DNA of 27,291 nucleotides from an uncultured Oscillospiraceae bacterium (GTDB lineage Bacteria; Bacillota; Clostridia; Christensenellales; Aristaeellaceae). Both the position numbers and the translations under genes were made by a program. Under the pieces are notes generated by a model. It was not told the DNA's origin. It saw only the letters and a program-made list of their open reading frames with translations, and ran no database searches. The stretch is taken from the NCBI GenBank assembly GCA_964483255.1, contig CAZACE010000001.1:1-27291 (forward strand). The letters are read 5' to 3'. Positions 1 through 7,732 of the stretch are shown here, one piece after another. Each line of letters opens with the position of its first letter. Position 1 is the first letter of the stretch.

Positions 1-1011
1 TGCCTCAAGCATTTCCCCGGTCACGGCGATACCACGCAGGACTCGCACTACTTCCTGCCAACCGTGGACAAGACGCTGGATGAAATGCGCAAAACCGAGC
101 TTCTGCCCTATGCGCGCATCTTCCCTCAGGGCGCTGCCGATTCCATCATGACCACGCACATTCTCTTCCCCGCAATCGAAAAGGAACGCGTGCCGGCGAC
201 CATGTCTCCCGTGATCCTGCAGGGAATCCTGCGCAGGGAGCTCGCCTTTGACGGCGTGGTCGTCTCCGACGGCATGCACATGCTCGCTATCAAGGATCAC
301 TACGGCGTGCCAAACGGCTGTGTCAAGGCAATCAAGGCCGGCGTGGATCTTCTGTGCATCGGCACGGGCGGCAGCGGCGTACAGGAAAGCCAGAAGGAAT
401 GCCTGGATGCGCTGTATGAAGCTGCGCTCAGCGGGGAAATCCCAATGGAGCGCATCGACGAGGCTGTCGGCCGCATCCTGCGCGCCAAGGCAAAGTTCAG
501 CCTGGCTGAGCCTGCTGCTAAGCCCGATTTCGGTGCGCATGCTGCCGTGAATAAGGCTGCATGCCTCAAGGCCGTGACAAAGCTTTCCGGCGGCACGATC
601 AGCGGCAATGCACTTTATGCCGGTGCGCCGATTAAGGAGCTGGCTTTCGGCCTGACCCATGCCGATCCGCGCAAGCTGACATTTGGCCAGATGGCGAACA
701 TGCATACCGGCTGTGCATACACGACGCTGGACAGGATGGAAGATGCGCCCGAATATGACGCGCTGGTCATCGGCGTTCAGCGGATCACGGAAGACTGCAT
801 CGAGATCGAAGCTGCCAGGCAGGCGCTCGCCAGAGGCAAGCAGGTCGCTATTGTGCTGCTGGCCGCGCCCTACGGCGCGCACCTTATCCCCGAGGGCTGC
901 ACCGTCGTTTGCAGCTATTCGCTGACGCTGGAAGCCGTTGCGGCGGCGATCGACGTGCTCACCGGAAAAGCAGAAGCGGAGGGCAAGCTGCCGGTTGCGC
1001 TGCAGGCGTAA
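1..1011 (+). CDS. nagZ: GH3 beta-N-acetylglucosaminidase (NagZ type), 5'-truncated by the window edge
   Basis: Frame 1 is open from base 1 and reads CLKHFPGHGDTTQDSH, the NagZ KH(F/I)PGHGxxxxD(S/T)H signature with the Asp-His dyad. The nucleophile region reads VVVSDGMHM. A divergent C-terminal domain follows and the TAA ends at 1011. Confidence 0.92.
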   Translation, partial: CLKHFPGHGDTTQDSHYFLPTVDKTLDEMRKTELLPYARIFPQGAADSIMTTHILFPAIEKERVPATMSPVILQGILRRELAFDGVVVSDGMHMLAIKDHYGVPNGCVKAIKAGVDLLCIGTGGSGVQESQKECLDALYEAALSGEIPMERIDEAVGRILRAKAKFSLAEPAAKPDFGAHAAVNKAACLKAVTKLSGGTISGNALYAGAPIKELAFGLTHADPRKLTFGQMANMHTGCAYTTLDRMEDAPEYDALVIGVQRITEDCIEIEAARQALARGKQVAIVLLAAPYGAHLIPEGCTVVCSYSLTLEAVAAAIDVLTGKAEAEGKLPVALQA

Positions 1012-1020
1012 AGGCATCAT

Positions 1021-1050
1021 AAAAGGAGCTGCTCATGCAGCTCCTTTTTA
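1021..1050. terminator. Intrinsic terminator, probably bidirectional, between convergent nagZ and namZ
   Basis: AAAAGGAGCTGC-TCAT-GCAGCTCCTTTT is a perfect 12-bp inverted repeat with A and T tracts on both sides. Confidence 0.85.
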
Positions 1051-1053
1051 TAC

Positions 1054-1124
1054 GGAATACGCCGGGCTGCCGCCCGACCTGCCCGAGGGACGTTGTCCCT
1101 CAGACTCCCTCCCTCGCTTCGCGC
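1054..1124 (+). repeat. REP-like palindromic intergenic element, copy 1
   Basis: GGGCTGCCG...CCTGCCCGAGGGACGTTGTCCCTCAGACTCCC...GCTTCGCGC aligns with the reverse complement of 9826-9900. The core hairpin is GAGGGAC-GTT-GTCCCTC. Confidence 0.8.
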
Positions 1125-1152
1125 ATTCAAACCGACCGTCTGCGTTAATTCC

Positions 1153-2292
1153 TTATGGATACAGCCAATACTTCTTGCTGTTTTCCTGCCATGCAGCAAT
1201 CTTTGGGCGGTTTTCCTCAACGAGTCCCTTCGCGCTCAGTTTACCCAGGCGATACGCATCCGTGCCCAGAAGCTTATCGATCGTCTTGTATTCCGCATCC
1301 TCAATGCCCGTCCAGACGAGCTGATCGCCGTGCATCTCGCGGATGGTTTCCAGCAGATAAAGGCCTGCTGCGAACGTATCCGCGCGCTTTTCATCGGTAA
1401 CATGAACCTGCACGCCGCAGCACTGCTGCCCAGCATGTTTAGAAAACTGCGGTGTGAAATACGCCCGGCGGAAGCGCACACCCGGAATTCCCAGCGCATT
1501 CATGCGCCGCTCCAACTCGGCAGCATCGATATACGGCGCGCCGATATACTCAAAGGGCAGCACCGTACCGCGCCCTTCGGAGATATTGGTTCCCTCGAAT
1601 ATACAGGTGCCGATATAAATTCTGGCTGCATGGAGCGTAGCGCAGTTGGGCGAGGGCGGCACAAAGGCGAGCCCGGTTTCTTCATAGGTCATATCGCGCG
1701 TCCAGCCCGTCATCGGGGCGATATGCAGCTGCACATCCAGAGCGAGATAATCCTTCACCCAGCGCGCATATTCGCCGATCGTCAGGCCGTAGCGCGTGGG
1801 CATGGCATATTCGCCGACGAAGGATTTAACCTTCTCATCCAGCAGCGTGCCGGCGACGTTCAGGCCGCCCTGCGGATTCGGCCTGTCCAGCACGACAACA
1901 GGCTTGCCCGCTCCGGCGCAGTCTTCCATGGCAAAGGAGAGCGAATACAGATACGTATAAAACCGCGCGCCGACGTCCTGCATATCAAAGACGAAAACGT
2001 CAAAGCTATCCAGCATTTCCTCGCTCAGATGATGCGTCTTTCCGTAAACGCTGTAGACCATCACACCCGTCTCGGGATCGGGCATAGACGCGATATGCGC
2101 GCCGGCCTGAATATCGCCGCGCACGCCATGCTCGCAGGCAAACAGCGCCGTGAGCTGATACTGCTCATGCAGGATATCGATCGTCGAGCGCAGCTGCGCA
2201 TTCACGCCCGTGGGGTTGGTCATCAGGCCCAGACGCTTTCCCTTGAGCATGTCGTGCACCAGATGCAGATTGTCGATGCCGCAGCGAGTCAT
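1153..2292 (-). CDS. namZ: Exo-beta-N-acetylmuramidase of the NamZ/DUF1343 (GH171) family, no signal peptide
   Basis: Family motifs LGLMTNPTG, ALFACEHGVRG, FDMQDVGARFYTY, VLDRPNP, FVPPSPN and SEGRGT are present. SD AAAGGGGAG precedes the ATG. Confidence 0.9.
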   Translation of the reverse strand: MTRCGIDNLHLVHDMLKGKRLGLMTNPTGVNAQLRSTIDILHEQYQLTALFACEHGVRGDIQAGAHIASMPDPETGVMVYSVYGKTHHLSEEMLDSFDVFVFDMQDVGARFYTYLYSLSFAMEDCAGAGKPVVVLDRPNPQGGLNVAGTLLDEKVKSFVGEYAMPTRYGLTIGEYARWVKDYLALDVQLHIAPMTGWTRDMTYEETGLAFVPPSPNCATLHAARIYIGTCIFEGTNISEGRGTVLPFEYIGAPYIDAAELERRMNALGIPGVRFRRAYFTPQFSKHAGQQCCGVQVHVTDEKRADTFAAGLYLLETIREMHGDQLVWTGIEDAEYKTIDKLLGTDAYRLGKLSAKGLVEENRPKIAAWQENSKKYWLYP

Positions 2293-2313
2293 GTCCCGCT
2301 CCCCTTTCTGTTA

Positions 2314-3000
2314 TCAGGTTTCCCAGATCACGCGCTTGGCGTAGTCGTCCGTCGCAAACGCCGTGCCGTATTCCTTTTTGATGAGCGCGCCGCGCATGCG
2401 GGCGAGCCCTTCGTAATACTGCAGATACTTGAAATCCTTGCTGTTTTCCGTCAGCCAGAGCTTGCGCACAGCCTCCTTCCACAGCGGGAACGCATCGGAA
2501 ACGTCGAAGTATACGTAAGGCACGAATCCCTCGCTGTCCTCCCAGTTTTCGGCATAGAGAAAGCGGCGGATCGGGGCCGGCGGCAGCGGACGCTCAAACG
2601 TACGCAAAGACGCAAAGAAGATCGCATCCGTCGTCAGCTTGCTGGCCGCGATATGATCCTTGTGCATGGAGTTTTTCCAGTGATACAGCACGGTCGAGAC
2701 CTCATACTCGCGCATGATGTCGCCGATGCGGATCGCCAGATCCTGCGAATACTCGAGTTCGCCGTCCGGAGTATCGAGCACGATGCTCTTGCCGCCAAGC
2801 ATCTCGGCGAACTGGCCCGCGCATTCGATGTTGTACTGGCGGAAGCTCTCCTGCGTAAAGCCGGCGGGCGTACCGCGCTCGCCGGCGGTCAGATCGAGCG
2901 TGATGATGCGGTCGCCCTGCTGGGCATGTCTGGCGAGCAGAAGCCCGCTGGTGAGCTGCGCATCGCCGGTATGCGCGCCGACTGCCATGATCGTTTTCAT
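2314..3000 (-). CDS. PIG-L/LmbE family zinc deacetylase
   Basis: N-terminal AVGAHTGD (variant of HPDD), LTAGERG, DGEL and HKDH (HxDH) motifs; 228 aa. Confidence 0.85.
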   Translation of the reverse strand: MKTIMAVGAHTGDAQLTSGLLLARHAQQGDRIITLDLTAGERGTPAGFTQESFRQYNIECAGQFAEMLGGKSIVLDTPDGELEYSQDLAIRIGDIMREYEVSTVLYHWKNSMHKDHIAASKLTTDAIFFASLRTFERPLPPAPIRRFLYAENWEDSEGFVPYVYFDVSDAFPLWKEAVRKLWLTENSKDFKYLQYYEGLARMRGALIKKEYGTAFATDDYAKRVIWET

Positions 3001-3003
3001 CGC

Positions 3004-3993
3004 TTAATCCTCCACAGTCTTTTTCATGATGGCAAAGTATCTGGCCGGCCTGAAGCCCGTCTTCAGATACAGCCGCTGGGCGTGATTCTCGGTTCCGGTA
3101 AAGAGCGTCGAATAGGCTGCGCCCACCTTGATGAACTCGCCCATCAGATCATTAAACAGCACGCCCGCGATGCCGCGCTTTTCATAGAGCGGATCGGTGC
3201 AGATGCCTGTAAACCAGCCGCGGCCGTTTTCCTGCCTGTCCACAGGTCCGGTGAAGCCGACGATATGGCCATCCGTTACCGCAGCGAGAATCGGGCGCGG
3301 GTCTTCCCTGGCCGTCTCCTCGCGCAGCACCTGCCGCCAATACTCGCTGCCCACGCGATCGCACATGCCGTCGAATTCCGCCTGCTGCGCGGGATCATAC
3401 AGCCCGGCTGTAATCCCCTGCTGCCTGAGCGCTTCTCGGCGCGCCTCCACTTCGGGCTTCTTTTCATAGTCGGCAAGATTCAGATACATCGCCACTTCCC
3501 GCACATAGACGCCGTAGCCGCGCTTTTTGAGGAATTCGTAACCCGGGCAGTCCTCATCCATGCCCGGCATGTTGTTGTGCTCATGCCCCGGCGTGCCGGG
3601 GATCACCCAGTCCAGATTGATCGGGCAGAGGCTGGAGACGGCAAACGCTATCTTGCCCACGGCCGCAAAATGCGCTTCAAACGCGGCAATCAGCGCGCTG
3701 CCGATTCCCTTTCTGCGATGCTCGGGCGCAACCATGAAGACGGACAGATACGCCGGCGTGTTTTCCTCCGTCTGCCCCGGCAGGAAGGATGTCTGCGCGC
3801 ATCCGGCCAGAAAACCGCACAGCGCACCGTCCTCCTCCGCCACAAAGATATCCGTGCCGGGCTGATTCAGGAATTTCTCTTCAAAATACTTTGCCTCCAG
3901 CGGCCGATAGAGCACCTCGCCCGTCTGAACGCAGCGATTCCACAGGGACACAATGGGCTGAATATCTTTGTCCTGATATGTTCTGATCCGCAT
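3004..3993 (-). CDS. Tandem-domain GNAT N-acetyltransferase
   Basis: Two acetyl-CoA motif-A segments (VAPEHRRKGIGSAL and TDPLYEKRGIAGVL) plus AQRLYLKTGF. Start placed at the ATG at 3993 behind SD GGAGGA. Confidence 0.85.
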   Translation of the reverse strand: MRIRTYQDKDIQPIVSLWNRCVQTGEVLYRPLEAKYFEEKFLNQPGTDIFVAEEDGALCGFLAGCAQTSFLPGQTEENTPAYLSVFMVAPEHRRKGIGSALIAAFEAHFAAVGKIAFAVSSLCPINLDWVIPGTPGHEHNNMPGMDEDCPGYEFLKKRGYGVYVREVAMYLNLADYEKKPEVEARREALRQQGITAGLYDPAQQAEFDGMCDRVGSEYWRQVLREETAREDPRPILAAVTDGHIVGFTGPVDRQENGRGWFTGICTDPLYEKRGIAGVLFNDLMGEFIKVGAAYSTLFTGTENHAQRLYLKTGFRPARYFAIMKKTVED

Positions 3994-4007
3994 TCCGTCT
4001 TCCTCCT

Positions 4008-5378
4008 TTACGCATGGTGAGAAAGCCACTTATCTCCCTTGACGCGATGGCGCAGCAGCAGCGCACGGATCAGCCATTCCACCATCATGCCCAGCCACAC
4101 GCCCGGCACGCCCAGCCCCACGACGATCGTGAGGATATAGCCGATCGCGATTCTTCCGATAAACAGCGACGCGACCGACACAACCGTGGAAAACATGACG
4201 TCGCCCGCGGCACGCAGAGCCATCGGCGTCACATAGCCGTCGCACCAGATGAGCGGCATGGCCACTGTTGCAATGAGCAGACACTGATAGATGATCGGCG
4301 TCGCCTGCTCGCTGGGCCGATACATATGCAAAAGCGCCGGCAGGAGCGGCACGATCATCAGGCACGTTGCCAGCACAATGAAGCGGCCCACCTGCACAAA
4401 CTTGAGACAGTATCTGCGCACCATGCCATACATCGCCGCGCCGAAACACTGGCCGCATACGGTGCTCGCCAGCGCGGTGAGTGCATTGCCGGTGGTGTTA
4501 TAGAGCATGAGGATGGAATTGGCCACGCCGTGCGCAGCGAGCTCCGTGGTGGTCAGGCGCGCCAGATATACCTGCACCAGCAGCATGCCGCCCTGGAAGA
4601 GCGCAGATTCCGACGCGATGGGCAGGCCGAGCGAAACGACCTGCTTGGTGATGCGCTTTGAAAAATGCAGCAGATGCTTAGGCTGCACATGATACTCGTT
4701 ATGGATAAGCATGAGCCACACGAGCGCCAGCGTTGCGCCGATCACGCGCGCGACGATATAGGAAAGGCCTGCGCCGGTCACGCCCAGCTTCATGACGTTG
4801 ATGAACGTGAAGCTGCACACCAGATGTATGCCGTTGATGACAATGGTCAGAAAGAGGCTCGACTTCGTATCGCCAAGGCTGCGGAAGGCATTGAACACCG
4901 CATTAAAGAGCGCATACGGGATAAACGAAATGGCGATCCGGCGCATGTAGTGGATGGAGTAGCTGATCAGCAGCGGCTCCGCAGCCGGATAGAGCGCATG
5001 GACGAGCACGGAAGAGAGCGCATAGAGCAGCACGCACAGCGTGACCGCCGTTGCGCCGCAAAGAGCAATCGTGCCGCCGATGGCATGGCGAATGCCGTGC
5101 GCGTCGCCATGGCCCTTCGCCCGGGCGATGATGATCGAGCCGCCGACGGCAAACGAATTGAACACCAGCGCCACAAGGCCATTGATGACGCCGACCATAT
5201 TCACCGCCGCAATCGCCGCCTCACCGGTGGAGGAAACCATCGATGTGGAAAGCATATTGATGAAGACGATAAAGAATTGATCCATGATCAGCGCGAAGAA
5301 CATGCTGCGCAGCTGCGCATAGGTAAAATGCTCGGACGTAAAGGAATCTTCCAGCCATGCGTTTGTTTTCCTGATCAT
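4008..5378 (-). CDS. MATE family (MOP superfamily) transporter
   Basis: 456 aa with about 12 hydrophobic segments and two-fold repeat motifs (GEAAIAAV / TTELAAHGVA, FRSLGDTK / LRAAGDV, LGVTGAGLS / LGVPGVWLG). Confidence 0.9.
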   Translation of the reverse strand: MIRKTNAWLEDSFTSEHFTYAQLRSMFFALIMDQFFIVFINMLSTSMVSSTGEAAIAAVNMVGVINGLVALVFNSFAVGGSIIIARAKGHGDAHGIRHAIGGTIALCGATAVTLCVLLYALSSVLVHALYPAAEPLLISYSIHYMRRIAISFIPYALFNAVFNAFRSLGDTKSSLFLTIVINGIHLVCSFTFINVMKLGVTGAGLSYIVARVIGATLALVWLMLIHNEYHVQPKHLLHFSKRITKQVVSLGLPIASESALFQGGMLLVQVYLARLTTTELAAHGVANSILMLYNTTGNALTALASTVCGQCFGAAMYGMVRRYCLKFVQVGRFIVLATCLMIVPLLPALLHMYRPSEQATPIIYQCLLIATVAMPLIWCDGYVTPMALRAAGDVMFSTVVSVASLFIGRIAIGYILTIVVGLGVPGVWLGMMVEWLIRALLLRHRVKGDKWLSHHA

Positions 5379-5437
5379 ATTCTTTCCCTCTCGATGACGG
5401 TCATATGGATCGATTCTGCATCCGCTTGGATATGTAC

Positions 5438-5466
5438 AGTATAGATCAAATGACCGTTTCCAGCAA
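5438..5466 (-). promoter_or_regulatory. Putative sigmaA promoter for the MATE-GNAT-PIG-L-namZ operon
   Basis: Minus strand TTGCTG-17 nt-TATACT, about 60 nt upstream of the MATE start codon. Confidence 0.6.
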
Positions 5467-5495
5467 GGGATAAATTCGGATTTAAGTAGACATTG

Positions 5496-5524
5496 TTGAC
5501 AAGAAAAGTTGTGCGTTTTATAAT
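5496..5524 (+). promoter_or_regulatory. Consensus sigmaA promoter for the epimerase-hydrolase-nagA-ROK operon
   Basis: Exact TTGACA (5496-5501)-17 nt-TATAAT (5519-5524). Confidence 0.85.
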
Positions 5525-5578
5525 ATTTTCAACGACAACGCATACCTTTTGTTCATCCTTTTGAGAGGGGCTCCCATC

Positions 5579-6670
5579 ATGAAGATTACAGATATCCGCC
5601 TGGCAAAGCTCTCCGTGCCGCTTCACGTTCCCTTTAAAACCGCGCTTCGCACGGTAAACAGCGTCGAAGATGTGATCGTGGAGATTCACACCGATACCGG
5701 CCTTGTCGGCTACGGCGAAGCGCCGCCCACGGGCGCAATCACAGGCGATACCACCGGCGCCATTGTGGGCGCGCTGCGCGATCACATCATTCCCACCCTC
5801 GTCGGTCAGGAAATCGACGCGCTGGAGCCGCTGATGAAGCGGCTGGACAGGTCCATCGTGCATAACACCAGCGCCAAGGCCGCCGTGGATATCGCGCTGT
5901 ACGACCTCTATGGCCAGATGCTGGGCGCGCCTGTATATAAGCTGCTGGGCGCAAGCCGCAAGAGCATCACCACCGACATCACCATCAGCGTCAACCCGCC
6001 TGAGGAGATGGCCAGAGACGCCCTGGCCGCCCTCAGCCGCGGATACGATACGCTCAAGATCAAGGTTGGTATCGACCCGACGCTCGACGTCGCACGCCTT
6101 ACCGCTGTGCGCGAGGCCGTCGGCAAGGATGTACGTCTGCGCATCGACGCCAACCAGGCCTGGACGCCCAAACAGGCCGTCATGCTTCTCAACCAGATGC
6201 AGGATCGCGGACTGGACATCGAGCTCGTCGAACAGCCCGTTCCCGGCCGCGATTTCGAGGGCCTGCGCTATGTCACCGAGCGCTCTTATGTGCCCGTCAT
6301 GGCAGACGAGAGCGTTTTCTCCGCCGAGGACGCCATGAAGATCATGCAGATGGGCGCAGCCGACCTCATCAACATCAAGCTCATGAAGTGCGGCGGCATC
6401 CACAATGCGCTGAGGATTGCCTCTGCCGCCGAGGTTTACGGGGTGGAATGTATGATCGGCTGCATGCTTGAAGCCAAGGTCAGCGTCAATGCAGCTGTGC
6501 ATCTGGCCTGTGCCAAATCCATCATCACCAAGGTCGATCTGGATGGTCCCGTTCTGTGCAGCGAAGATCCTGTCGAGGGCGGAAGCATCTTTGACGAGCG
6601 CACCATCACCGTATCCGATGCGCCGGGCCTCGGCGTATCCGGCATCCGCGGTCTTGCATACATCGACTGA
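5579..6670 (+). CDS. Dipeptide epimerase (L-Ala-D/L-Glu epimerase, YkfB/YcjG-like, enolase superfamily)
   Basis: PFKTALR, GYGEAPPT, KIK catalytic motif, metal ligands in DANQ, EQP and ADES, NIKLMKCGG, GCMLE and the DLD (DxD) motif typical of Ala-Glu epimerases. ATG at 5579 follows SD GAGAGGGG. Confidence 0.9.
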   Translation: MKITDIRLAKLSVPLHVPFKTALRTVNSVEDVIVEIHTDTGLVGYGEAPPTGAITGDTTGAIVGALRDHIIPTLVGQEIDALEPLMKRLDRSIVHNTSAKAAVDIALYDLYGQMLGAPVYKLLGASRKSITTDITISVNPPEEMARDALAALSRGYDTLKIKVGIDPTLDVARLTAVREAVGKDVRLRIDANQAWTPKQAVMLLNQMQDRGLDIELVEQPVPGRDFEGLRYVTERSYVPVMADESVFSAEDAMKIMQMGAADLINIKLMKCGGIHNALRIASAAEVYGVECMIGCMLEAKVSVNAAVHLACAKSIITKVDLDGPVLCSEDPVEGGSIFDERTITVSDAPGLGVSGIRGLAYID

Positions 6671-6681
6671 GGAGGCAAATC

Positions 6682-7719
6682 ATGAATCCCTGGAAAATCG
6701 CTTCTTCGCCCGAGGAAGCCGGGCTTTCTTCCCAGGCGCTGATGGATTATCTGGACGCGCTGAAGGCTTCAGGTATTGAGCAGCACAGCGTCATGGTGAT
6801 CAAAAACGGCATGCTCGCAGCCGACATACACTTCGCCCCGCACACTGCGAAGACGCCGCACGTGTGCTATTCTGTCAGCAAGCCGTTCACATCCGTCGCC
6901 GCAGGCTTTGCCGTGGCCGAAGGGCTGCTTGACTGGAACAGCCGTCTGATCGACGTGCTGCACGACAAAGCGCCTGAAAATCCGGATCCGTGGCTCTCCC
7001 AGGTGACGCTGCATCACCTGCTTTGCATGAGCTCCGGCCTTGCGCAGAAGAGCGACAACCTCGACCATATTTTCAAGCCTGAAGGAAACCCGGGCGAGGA
7101 CTGGGCGCAGGCCGCGCTTGCCTGCGGCTGCGACGCCGAACCGGGCTCCATCTTCCGCTACAACAGCCATGGTTCTTACCTCATCTCCTGCATGGTGCAC
7201 AAGGTCACGGGCATGAATATCCGCGATTACCTCATGCCCCGCCTGTTTGCGCCGCTGGGTATTGAGAAGCCCCGCTGGGATATGAGCCCGCAGGGCATCT
7301 GCTGCGGCGGATGGGGCCTGTATCTCCCCTGCGAGGACATCGCCAAATTCGGCGTTTGCCTCATGCAGGGCGGCAAACGGAACGCAGAGCAGATCATCCC
7401 GCAGGAATGGCTTCGTCTGGCCACGCAGGTACACATCGCCACCGACACCGTGCCGCGCAAGCCCGAGTGGGCGCAGGGCTACGGCTATCACCTGTGGCGC
7501 TGCACAAACGGCCGCTTCCGCGGGGACGGCTCCAACGGACAATACTGCATCGTCGCGCCCGGGCAAAACATGGTACTCGCGGCGACAGCCGACACCGAGG
7601 ATCTCTCCGGAGAATTCGACCTGTTCAACGAATACATCTTCAATGAAGCGCGCCAGACAGCTGCTCCAGCCGATGTACAGCAGGCTTTTTCTGCGCGCGT
7701 ACAATCCCTGACCCTTTGA
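6682..7719 (+). CDS. Serine hydrolase, beta-lactamase class C/AmiE-like family, cytoplasmic
   Basis: SxxK (YSVSK), LHHLLCMSSG, FRYNS, GYGYHLW and RGDGSNGQ motifs; SD GGAGG; no signal peptide. Confidence 0.82.
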   Translation: MNPWKIASSPEEAGLSSQALMDYLDALKASGIEQHSVMVIKNGMLAADIHFAPHTAKTPHVCYSVSKPFTSVAAGFAVAEGLLDWNSRLIDVLHDKAPENPDPWLSQVTLHHLLCMSSGLAQKSDNLDHIFKPEGNPGEDWAQAALACGCDAEPGSIFRYNSHGSYLISCMVHKVTGMNIRDYLMPRLFAPLGIEKPRWDMSPQGICCGGWGLYLPCEDIAKFGVCLMQGGKRNAEQIIPQEWLRLATQVHIATDTVPRKPEWAQGYGYHLWRCTNGRFRGDGSNGQYCIVAPGQNMVLAATADTEDLSGEFDLFNEYIFNEARQTAAPADVQQAFSARVQSLTL

Positions 7720-7732
7720 TTCGGAGGCATTC

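Noticed and set aside
2998..3009. GNAT and PIG-L are in frame, separated by one TAA and one codon, suggesting read-through or a split fusion
   Set aside because: PIG-L has its own SD (GGAGGA) and ATG, TAA is a poor read-through codon, and each protein looks complete.
1093..4020. 975-aa plus-strand ORF
   Set aside because: It is the antisense shadow of namZ, PIG-L and GNAT, which happen to share one reading frame. GC-rich codon usage suppresses antisense stops. It has no SD or domain, and it starts inside the repeat element.
1153..7719. Antibiotic-resistance island reading (MATE, GNAT and beta-lactamase-like gene)
   Set aside because: The surrounding nagZ, namZ, epimerase, nagA and ROK genes, the native-looking GC content and the absence of mobility genes favour cell-wall salvage.
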